From Ramazzottius varieornatus (Eukaryota > Animalia > Tardigrada), in contig BDGG01000017.1 of assembly GCA_001949185.1 (NCBI GenBank), positions 620,001-684,000 on the forward strand: 64,000 nt of DNA. The letters are read 5' to 3'. The translations under genes were made by a program, and so were the position numbers. This document shows positions 36,664 through 47,657 of the stretch, piece after piece. How positions within the stretch are numbered: position 1 is the first letter of the stretch; every line of letters starts with the position of its first letter. The notes beneath the pieces were generated by a model. That model was given only the letters and a program-made list of their open reading frames with translations. It was not told the origin of the DNA and did no database searches.

Positions 36664-38570
36664 ATGATGGCCTCCAGTGGAGGAAACGGGGCTAGCAAGT
36701 CGTCAAACGGAAACGCCAGGACGGGCTTCTCATCTGGACGTGCGGGTGCAGCAGCGGGGAACGGATCAGCTGGTAACGGGAGCGGAAACCAGGGGGAAGA
36801 ACGCGAAGGTTTCTTAACCAACACTGCCCTTTCCTTTCACGCTACCACCATCATCAAAACCATTAAGTGCCATTACCTGTGGACCATCAGCAACTATACC
36901 TTCGTCAAGGATAAGGATGAATCCATAAAGAGTCCCAAGTTCACCACACCAGACGGCACAGAATGGTTAGTCCATCTTGGTGTCCTTTGGGGATGTTTTC
37001 CGTCGGTCCATCTGAAATTTAAGATTGTGGATGCGTAGGGATTCGATGGTAAAACTTGCACATGCGCAGAAAGCGTGACGTCATTTTGTGTTCTGACGTA
37101 TTGTGCGCAGGAAGACTGCACAATGCACATGTAACGACCCGCCCTCTGGGCTGTTGAATCTTCTCGGACTGAAAATGCTTCCGTGGAGTCGTAGACCGTA
37201 GTTCCGTTGTAGACTTGTAGCCTTCCAGGTAGAGACGGATGTCCATCTTACATAGACCATGCTTACTGTTGCCTTGTTCTTGTTACAGGTATCTGAGGGT
37301 GCATCCTTTAGGCTTCAACCGAGATGTTCCGGAGCGGAACTTCGTCTCGGCGTACCTGTGTGTGCATCAGCCCAACAATGTGAGAGGCTTTTCCGTGTTG
37401 CTGATGCTTGTGTCATGGTTTCAAGTGTCGTGGGTTGATAGCAAATGGGAAGGCATAACATTCTAGTTGCAGGGTCATGTCCAAGCCAAGCACCGTGGCA
37501 AGATTTTGTCTTTCGAGGATGACATGCACGAAGCATTAAAGACGATGGAACGAAGCGCCAAGATGGGCAAGGTTGATTGCTTCACCCGTGATAACTTTAG
37601 CTGGGGCTGGCCAGAATTCATCTCCCACAACGACCTCTTTGAGGAAGAGAAAAAGTTTCTGCTCAACGACTCCATCAAGATACTGTGGTAGGGATAATGT
37701 CGGGCTTGGGCAAACAAGCTCAGCCTTGTCGGTTTTCCAGGTGGCGCACGCTTTCAGTCAGTGTTGCTGAGGACGTGCGCCACTCGGGAGAAGAATTACT
37801 CCCTTAGCTTAGCCCAAGTGGCGCACGTTTTTGGCCCCTAAGACTTGAAAGGTGCGCCACTTGGGGAAAAAGATCTTGTGGCGTTGGGTTACCGACTTTC
37901 CATATGATAATCATTTCCAGGACAGAATGTTACTCATGCGTTCTTTTGTAGGTATTTGGAAATTCTGGTGGAGGTTGAGTCTCACACGAACAAGGTGGAA
38001 AGTCCTGGTTCGACGCTGGGTTCCGACTTGGGTGAGCTGTTAAAGTCGGGCCGGAACGCTGATGTGCTGATCAAGAGTGGGGATGGTAAGACGTATCCGG
38101 CTCATAAACTGGTGATCAGCACACGGTCGAAATACTTTGAAGCCATGTTCAACCATCCCACTAAAGAAGCCAACAAGGCCAGCGTCGACCTGCCCGACCC
38201 GGGCGACATCATCCAGCTCCTCCTGGAGTTTATGTACACGGACAAAGTCACCAACTTTTCCAGCTTCTCCGAGCACCTGCTGGTGGCTGCCGACAAGTAC
38301 CAGATTGACAACTTGAAGAAGCACTGCGAGCGAGACCTGGCTGACCGCGTGACGGTGGAGAATGTGACGCAGATCTTCCTGATGGCCTGCCAGTACAACG
38401 CCGAAGGCCTCAGAACGCATTGTAAGCAGTTGATGGCCATGAATCTGCGACAGGTCATCAAAACGCCGGGCTGGAGTGAGCTGAAAGACTCGGAGGAAGG
38501 CTTCAGTCTGGCCACCGAGTTGCTCGATATGCAGATTGGACGCGAAGCCGAAGCCGAGTCCATGGCTTAG
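36664..38570 (+). CDS. MATH-BTB (SPOP-like, divergent) Cullin-3 adaptor; 4 exons
   Basis: MATH: YLWTISNY, IKSPKF, W|YLRVHPLG, VSAYL, SWGWPEFI. BTB/BACK: ADVLI...AHKLVISTRSKYFEAMF, LLEFMYT, LLVAADKYQIDNLKKHCE. Confidence 0.9.
37703..37896. mobile_element. Double-hairpin MITE-like element, copy 4, in intron 3 of the MATH-BTB gene
   Basis: Starts ggcttgggcaaacaagct; units ttccaggtggcgcacg...cgtgcgccactcggga and cccaagtggcgcac...gtgcgccacttgggg; degenerate right end. Confidence 0.75.
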
Positions 38571-40220
38571 GGGACATAGATCATCAGTCTGCTCTTTTCC
38601 TTCTTTCTCATTGTTGGGAAATGGTCCGCAAATAGTAGAGCGCAGTTTCGGGATACGCTCGGGACATCCTTAATTTTGTCATCGGATTGGCTGTGTATAT
38701 TGTGTATACGAGGGAAAGCTAAAAGTCAAACCTTGTGAATGTCGTTTGGAAGAGGCGCTGCCTTCTCTTTTCCTTCTGCTTTGGCTCTTGAGTTGCCTCT
38801 GGATTTCGGTTTGTTGTTTTAGGGAATAGTCCACGTCCCTGTGTCCACATTTTTTTATCACGCTGTCGCCAGAAAAGTTCTATTAATCTCTTCTCCTCTT
38901 TCAGCTTCGGTTTAGTATAAGATTACTCTTGGTTTTCGCCCGAGTGGAGGTGAAGATGCTTCGGGCTCGATTCAGCCAACAGAGAAAGTGGTCGAACCGA
39001 ACAAGATTACCACGACACGTCGGCAGGCCCTTCTGGTCCACGGTCGTAATGGTCAGGCCTTTTCGTAGTCCGTTGAAACGATAACTAACTTAGATGGTGT
39101 CCTTCTCCATAACCTCCAATGTCTTGGAAGTATGGATGTTAGGCATTGGCTCGCAGCTTCATCCTTGGGTCAGGTCGAGAGTGGATACCCGACATGGCAA
39201 TAGCGCCTGTGAATTTGAGCTGGTGAGCCAACTTTCTCAAAGACACCATCATGCTCTTTCGTATTTGAAGACATGAAAGATGTCGCTCTCCTAGTCCTCG
39301 ACCTCAAGCAGCTCATAGTATTCAGTCCTGGATCAGCCATTTGAAAATCGATAGGGGGGAAGCAGGAAGTTGGCGGAAGCAGTAGGTGGAACTGGAAGAT
39401 TCACCCAATAGGGATTACCAAATGCCACGCTATTATCGCAACTTCGCTATCATCGACGTCCAATAAAATTTCAAAATAAGATGTTTGCCGTTTGGTAACT
39501 TGGTGGCCCCCGAAAAGCCACCAGAACCTCGACCCGCCGAGCCAGGCGGATCACCCTCCCGTCGGTACAACCAGGTTCGGAGGGCGAGCCCAAGTCGGCG
39601 AAGAAGACCCTCGCGACGGACAGCAAAGACCCAACCACACACATGGACCAGCTCGAGCATCAAACCGGGAACGACGGAGCCAGTCGGACATGGAAATGGA
39701 CGAGTGAGAACCTGGACGAAGGCGGAAAGAACGCTCCCTCATTCCTTGTTTGGTAGTTAGCTCTCCCTGCTATGGTTGTGCGAATTTTCCACTTCCTTTC
39801 TGGTGCCTGATCTCGGATTGTAATCCATACGTGTCAATCTCTGAAGTTAGTCTTGATCGCTTCCACTTGTCAAAGCTGTTAGTACTGTATTTTTATGTTT
39901 TGTTATCCTCTGACGATCGAGGAAGCCGTCGACTAGATTGTCGAGGCTCAATAAATCTATCTATTGCTTTCACTGACCAGCTGCTGAACATCGTGCAGCT
40001 CGTGCTGCACAAACTGATAGTAGTGCCCATCAACTAATCAACCATATGTTCTGGCAGCATTCAAGCCAATCAAAAGTGCAGCACAATGTTCACCAGCTCG
40101 TCAGTGGTTGCTTTTGTTTTGAGTTTGCCTTTCTATGCTCGTTCATCTCACTGCAGGGCAAGGTTTTGTTGTTTCTCTCCTGCTGTTGGAAGTGGAGTGT
40201 CCAGGACGTCAGGTTCAGAA

Positions 40221-40716
40221 ATGAGCAGCGAGCAGCCCTTACTGGGTGGCATGGAGCAGGCGAGCAACAAGCTGACACAGCGGACGAAGAGCGACAAAAC
40301 GGCCAGTGACGGACAAGCAGCCCAACTGTAAGTGTATCGTGGCTCGTACTCTCTTCTGTGATGGTCAGCTTTCCTTCTTGGGGTGCAGGACACTGGTGAC
40401 CGATGAGGAAGTAACTAGCATCTTCGCCGTCCTGATCAGATACACCTTGATGATCATCTTCATTCCCATTCTTACCTACTTCGGCGGCAAAAAGTACATC
40501 CTCGAAGGTACAGGCTATATACACCGCTTGCACTTCTTGCTCCCGCTTTCGCTGATACCCCACGGGCTGTTTGCAGATATAATGGGCTTCTCCTCGCGAC
40601 AGAGTTTCATCTACTGGGCTGTCATTGCCGTCATTTCAATCCATGTGGTACTAGCAGTAATGGTTTACCGAGCGTACCGGGAAGGGCTGAAACCCCGGAC
40701 GCTCAAGAAAGATTAG
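40221..40716 (+). CDS. VMA21: V-ATPase assembly factor VMA21-like; 3 exons
   Basis: Small protein with two TM segments (LIRYTLMIIFIPILTYF; AVIAVISIHVVLAVMVYRAY) and dilysine-like C-terminus LKKD. Confidence 0.8.
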
Positions 40717-41130
40717 CGCCCACCAATCAAAGCCTTTTTGCACGGTCGCATCACATGATGTACTTCTTATGTTCAACTCCTGTCTGTATTAAGAATGTCG
40801 TACCTGCATAACAGTGCATATGCGGTCTTCTGTACTGTGACATTTATTGGCTTCTTCGAGGGAAAATACTGCTTCTTGCCGTCGCATTCCCGTACTTTTT
40901 TTCCCTACATCAAATGCTACAGCAGTCATCAATCTTCTATCATCAGCTTGTAGACCTGGGAGGGGAATAACTTCGGCAAAGTTAAAAGTAAAGTTGCAGA
41001 GGAAATTAGATCAAAGTCTGACCGTATCTGGGAACGGCAGGTAAGAAAGGTACATAGAAGAATATACAATATCACAGAGTATGAAGAGCAGCGCCGAAAC
41101 ATGCAAAACCGGGAACTGCGACCCGGAAGC

Positions 41131-43130
41131 TCATAAAGTACTGACGAAGTGTCGCGTCCTCTCCTCATCGCGGCGCCAGACACATTGGCCAGCAATAAAA
41201 GTTGCCAGCACCTCCAGGTCTTGATCGAGAACGACGAAGTCGGCGTCAGCTCCAAAGGCTAAAGTACCTTTGCGTCGGTCCAGGCCCAGAAGCTGAGCTG
41301 GATGGAGAGAGGCCACTTCCAGCGCTTCCACCAGACTGCATTCTGCCAAAGGTAACATGTCATACTGGCAGGAAGAAAGGTACGTTCAACCAGCGGAAAA
41401 ATGTTTGCTTACGAGTTGCCGTCAGGAAGGAACGGACACAACGGTCCATGGTCGCGACACTGCCACACAATGTATTTGTCCCCGCAATGTGGGCCGTGTC
41501 GCCCGTCACTTCAATCTCCACTCCGGCTAAATTATGCCGACCAACGGGCATTCCCATGGCCGAAATAGCATCAGTGACCAGTATGGCACCTACAAGCAAA
41601 GACTGCCATCTGCGGCAGAGTCCTCATTTGACAAGTGAGTGCTCGTACCTTTCGGATGAGCACGATAGGCAATCTTCAAACTGGCCTAAGAACAAACTTG
41701 TCCGTGTCAGTTGAAAGTGATTGAAAGATAGTAATGCAATTTACAGTATGGGTATGAACGCCGTCGGCAATCAAGCCAAAGTAGACGACGTCCTCTTGGG
41801 CTGCGGAGGCCGAAGTCAAGTCCGAAGCGAGAGCTTTGAGGCATCCTTGGCCAAGGGCAGGGGCAGCTTTAGCCTGGGCAATCAGGCCGATCATGCCGGG
41901 ATCCCGATGATGAAACTACGGCAGGTACAGACAGGTATAGTTTCAAGGTCGAAACTATAGAGGGTGGTCTTTGATACCGGTGGCATTGCATTGAACAGAT
42001 GTGTCATACAGCGCGCCCCGTTCCTCACAGCTTCTTGCGCCAGGACGATGTCGGCTCCCGAATGGCCTGAAACCCAACATGACGATCGGCTGCACGAACT
42101 TAACAAGGGACATTGCAACGCTACTATACCATACCGAGAGAAACCACGATGCCTCGTTGAGACAGATAGCGGATGGCCTCCATGCAGCCACGCAGTTCGG
42201 GTGCGATGGTAATGATGGCTGTCTCCTTTAGACTACCGTAGGTCTCCTCCAGCTCGGACATACCACCGTCAAGATCTTGTCGCACCAACTCTAATCGATG
42301 CGCTCCCTTCTTGTCTTTACTAATGAAAGGACCTTCAAGATGTATACCTGGACGAACAACGCGCCGATAATCACAGATCTGAAGAACCGTCCCCAACCTT
42401 AACAGCTATTACCGAGTATTTCAGCTCCATGTAATCCTCCTTCGCTGCGCTTGATATGTGGAAGTAACTGCAAAAGAGCGGACAGCGTTGGCGCATACTG
42501 AATTGCACGTCCTAGGGATGTGTAGGTGGGCCAGCTGGGAAGCCAGACTCACTGATGGATGTGTCTACTGTACTTGATGATAGAGTGCCGGTGACGACGT
42601 GATGATGGTCGGGCAGAAAGCAGTCACTCCGTAGGCTACTAGTCGTTTCCGTACTAAAGCTATTGCCTCTTCGATAGAATCTTCTGTGCAGCTACTGAAG
42701 TCGACGCCGAAGCCACCTGCCAAAGGCAAATGAAGAAAAGGTAAATAGTACTGAATACAGTAATTTCGTCTAACACCTTCCCCAAGTTGCGCATAACATA
42801 TACGTAGTCGCGCTACATCATCGATCTCACTGCTCATGTTTCCTGACGTCAAGCGCCAAAAGCTTTTTCGGACGCTATATACGGACACTCTGCTCGATAA
42901 GGTCGCAAGAAGGTCGAATGCTTACCGTTTATCTGGATATCGATGAAACCTGGTGCGATTAAGAAGAGACAGTCGACGCTGATGTCCGCAGAGCGCCGTT
43001 CCTCAAAAAAGAGAACTTCGGGATCGATGATGTGGCCATTGCGTATCCATAAGTCCTCTTTGATAATGCGACCTTCTCGCAAGATGCGGCAATCCCTCAT
43101 TCGCACTACAGCCCCTTTCTGCTTCTTCAT
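41131..43130 (-). CDS. AMDHD2: N-acetylglucosamine-6-phosphate deacetylase; multi-exon
   Basis: [11 protein letters not shown]|[78 protein letters not shown]. Confidence 0.93.
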
Positions 43131-43552
43131 CCTCTTTGCCAAAGATAACGAACGACAATGGCCAAAGAATTTCGGGAGGAAAGTCACGAAACAGATGAAC
43201 GAGAAAATTTCAGCTTTGCGTTCACGTCATCTAAATTAATTTAAATGATCATTTCCGGTGCGAAAAACTGACCACCCCGGGGCCAGGGCTTCGATTTTCA
43301 CCCTTCGGTCAGTTCGGTGCCTGGTTGTCGTCAAAAAAATCATATGAATGGAAAAGCGGGAAAAGCCACTGGCAGAATCTTCCTGTCAACTCCCGAAGGT
43401 TCACTTCAGGAGGTCTGTGACTCGATTGAAACTGTCAAACCTGGGATGCCTGGTGGGTGAAAGAGTAAGGTGTGACAGTGGAAACGGCCAGTGATGACGG
43501 AGAGCGGTAGTTTGGACATTTAGGAGGGCAAGTGCGTCGTCTGCGGATCAAC

Positions 43553-45677
43553 ATGTCAGCACGGCCGGCCAGGAAGCTTTCTTCGACCAACACCGGAGCT
43601 GTCACCAAATCGACGGCAGCAAACTCGACAGAAGCGAATGTCTGGTTCAAGGAAGGTGACGTTGTCTGCGAACTTGCACCTTACGTCTGGACGGTTGCGC
43701 CGCACTTTATCAGCCGCTATTGCTATCGTTGTGGCCTCAATCCACATCCAGTAAAGGTTAAGTGCTGCTCGGGATGCCAGTACGCCCATTACTGCTCCAA
43801 GGAATGTCAGGTAGGGACCAAAAGGCTACTGCTTCGCAATGTGTAACGTCGAAGTTAGTATTTGAGTGCTGGTGAACAGTGTGGACGTGTCGCGCCTTGC
43901 TGCCTTTGATGGACATGGCCGAGGGGAACATGCTGGGCTATAGATAAGTGACTTTTCGGGCCATCTGGACCAAGTAGTAACTTGCTTTCCTAGGTGGCAG
44001 ACTGGACGGATCGTCACAAGATGGAGTGCAAAATCCTGGGCCGAAAGATCATCACTTCGATGTGGGAGAACTCCCGACTTGGATTTATCTTGATCTAGGC
44101 CGCCATTGCGCGACTTGCGGTACAAGCCCTTTGTCTCTGTATTCCGCCATCTTCAACGGGATACTGATTGACAGTGCTTGCGTCTTGCAGGAGGAGACGA
44201 GAGCGAACAAGGGGTGAAAAGTTCACTTGGGCTGGCGGTTGACAGGGAGGAAGCTGAGCGAGGGCTGGCACTCCTGGGAGACGTGGTTAGTGCGCGCAAG
44301 ATACTGCACTTTCACAAAAGACTTGTTGGATCTGTGTGATCCGACCAGGGTCTTTATCGACAGCGACCCGCAGCTGGGTGCTGACATCTTCACCATAGTG
44401 TACAGGGCCGTATGGCAGTTTGCCAATGCGCTGATGGGCCACACTCATGATGCTCCCAGCGGCCAGCGCGAGAATGCCGGAGACATTGGCATGCAGTTGT
44501 CGGTGGCCCTCACACCTCCCTTCGGAGTCGTCACCCGCGGTTGCGTCCTCAACGTCCTGGTCAGCCATGACATCCTTGATCGCCTTCCACCAAAAGCCGT
44601 CGTTAGAGCGGTCAAGGATATTCCCGAAGGTGAAGCGGTGAGTTAATTGTCACATTGCTTCTTACTCAAGTGGCTTGATTCTACGTCCTGGCTTATTCTC
44701 TCTAGTTGATGGGAGGTCTGGCACCGCGCTTTGCAACATTGAAAAGCCGTCAAGCGCACCATGCCGCTGTGGGCATCACTTGTCGATGCAAAGGCTGTAC
44801 CAGTCCCGCTTATGTAAGTTGACCCTTCTCAAACGTTGGCGCACTTTCCCACGTATCACAAGTTAGAAAGCCTTCTTAGCTAGCAGTTGATCTTTCGGTG
44901 AATTCTGTCTATATCAAGCCGAGCAGTACGCACTGAAATGCGACAAGGCGGAATGCAGCCAGCCCATTCCCTACGACGGACGCACCACAGAGGCTTGCCT
45001 GCTTGCGGAACGAACAACAGCCGACGTCTGAAGGAAGCTAAAGCAGTCATCAAGGACCTGAGCGCATGGCTAGACTTTCCCGAACTGAGAGTTGTCAACG
45101 GACAACTGGTTGCGTCCACCAAGATCATTCCAAAGCCCAGTGTCATGCGACAGCAGATCCTCCGTGGAAGCCTGCTCCTCCATCCGACCAACCTCCTGCT
45201 GGGCGAAGCCTGCTTGGACTACTGTGACTGGCTGCGCAACACCCACAACGACCACTCTCCCGACTACCTTTCCTCGAGCGCATCATTCCTTCGCTACAGT
45301 CGGTCTGCAAGTGCGGCATGGCCCATAGTAGAAGCTAGGCTAGTATCGATGGCTTCTTCTTCTCCTTGCTTGCAGGTTCCATTCCGACAAGTACGATTTG
45401 ATGGCACGGAACCTGTACACGGACATTGTTCGGGCCCATGTCAAGCGCAAGGAGTACAAGGAAGCGCAGACCTACATGGACTGTGATGGACACCTTGCTG
45501 CAGCGTCTCCAGCTCTTCACCCCCAAGACGGGAGAGGGACACAAGTTCAAGCTGCAACTTGTCAATGCAGCTGCCACTCTCTTGCGCCTGCCCAAACCGA
45601 ATGACAAGCTTATCTTCATGACGCTGGAGCAGACAAGTTTCGGCAGGTCGCCCAAGACTTACCAGATACAGCCGTGA
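43553..45677 (+). pseudogene. SMYD-like (split SET + MYND) gene with in-frame stops and a frameshift
   Basis: MYND CYRC...CSGCQYAHYCSKECQ|VADWTDRHKMEC; SET-C VVRAVKDIPEGE; post-SET CRCKGC. In-frame TAG 44096-98 and TGA 44215-17, and an apparent 1-nt deletion near 44998. Confidence 0.7.
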
Positions 45678-46181
45678 ATAGTCAGGGCCAACCTGCGCTG
45701 CGCTGACCCTCAACTCTAGACTGACTTTTTGGCTAAAGCATAGCCAACACCTGTGCAACGTCACCATCAACACGTGTACGATTCCTTTCTGAGTTTAAAC
45801 TTGTCTTTAAATGCAATCATGTGGTTGCAGTCATGAACGATGCTCTAAAGGAGTAAACTGTACAACCAGAAAGGTCGCGTAGGGCCAGAGCAGGAGAAAA
45901 GACATTGTTCAGTGTGAAATAAAACTAGAAAAGAATAGTGTACAGTACATGAACACCATGTATATAGCTCAAAGGCCATGGAAAGGGGCTGACAGCGATT
46001 GCGTAAACAAACTTGAACAACCTATGCACACGTCAAAAAATTGGATTATTAAAACTTGAAGTCTTGACTATGGTATGGATATGGCCGATAACTTGATAGA
46101 GCCAAGTGCCTCTCGGTCGTAATACTGCTTCTTTGTCAAGGGATTCCTCTCAATATACAAGCAACAAGAAAGAGCCTTCAT

Positions 46182-47198
46182 TCAAGGGCGAACCTTGACG
46201 ACAGGAATGTCTCCCCGTTGAGCGCACTTGTCGCAGCACCACTCCGAGTAAGGATCGGTGGCGATGATGGGATAGGCCAAATCGCTCAGTCCTGAACACA
46301 GGCGATGATACCAAAAGTTACAGCCACTTTCACAGAGGACCGCCTGCAAAAGACAAAAGCCACTGGTTAGAGGCAGTGATCAAGATGACCTTGATGCTAA
46401 TCAGCTGATATTGTATACCGGTTCGCTTTCGTGGACCTCCTTGTTGCATCCGCCGCAAAAGACGACGGGAGGCGTGTTGGGGTTCTGGACGTTGAGCGTC
46501 AGCCGCTTCTTGCCCGTAACATCGCCATGCATCATGGCCATGTGCTGCGGCATCCGCTGCATCATCTGCCCATGCATCATCTGCGGCCGCATCTGCATCT
46601 GCGCAGACATACCGTTCATCTGCCCCATCTGTCCGTACGGGCTCATCTGGGCCGGAGTGGGGTACGGGCTGGGCGAAAAGTCCTCAAAGGGGTTCTGCGC
46701 CACGATGGCTGTACTGGGGTTGCTGACCATCATCGGGTTCCCGTTCATCGACATCCCACTGCCGTCCATCATTCCCATGGTGGCATTCATGTGCGACACT
46801 TGCTGCACTGTCGTCGAAGCCGCATTGGACTGCGCTCTATCATACGACGAGAAACAGTGATTACAATGGATGGCTAATCAACAACCTGCATACACACACT
46901 GCCTGCGTACAAGTTGAATGGATGCACAAGTCACTACATAGTCTCTAGGCTAGTCATGGACAACTAAGTTTCGCGCAAGATAGACATACCGCGTGCTCTT
47001 CTTGCGTTTCTTGGTGGTGGTCGTTGATGTTTTGGCGTTGTTCTGGTCTGGCATGGAGGGCATCATGGCTGCTTGTCCGGGCATTCCAACCATTTCCGGT
47101 GGCATGTGCATCATCTGTCCGTGACCATGCGGCCCTCCCATTTGCATGACCATGTTGTGCTGCCCATGCATCGCCGCCATCTGGGCCTGGTGGTCCAT
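46182..47198 (-). CDS. pygo: Pygopus (Wnt/beta-catenin co-activator); 3 exons
   Basis: NLS KKRKK, IVAQNPFED (NPF/NHD motif), C-terminal PHD CGGCNKEV...AVLCESGCNFWYHRLCSGL...EWCCDKC. Confidence 0.9.
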
Positions 47199-47657
47199 TC
47201 CAGCATGCGGACGATATCGACAACAAGATGAAGCAAAACAACAACAACAAAAGATAGTATGCAACAAATTCACAAAATGCAAAAATTCAAAATTGATTAA
47301 CCAGAGCCGTTCAACAAATTGCGAAAAGATTTGCTGCTGGCCACCAGTTGATCCAGTTCTAGTCTGGTAGAGGATCAAGTATCATCGGGAGCACCAGCAA
47401 AACTCTTTACTGATTGATTGAATAATGCTATGGCATCCCCTGTGGTACACACGGATCCCATAGATCTCATGGATTTCTGCAGGCCGTGTCATGTTTGATC
47501 GACATAATAATTGTATTGTTTGGTTTGTTGTCGTTTTCCAATTGCCATGAACGCTGTCGTCCGTTCTTTGGATGATTCATGATTTTCTCGTTCGCAGAAC
47601 CCGAGGTGACTGCCAGGCTCGACTGGCGAAGGTGAGGAGAAGGAACTGACCTGTGGA

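Noticed and set aside
44096-44217. Alternative genetic code or selenocysteine as an explanation of the in-frame TAG/TGA
   Set aside because: Neighbouring intact genes end with TAG, TGA and TAA, and the same gene also has a frameshift.
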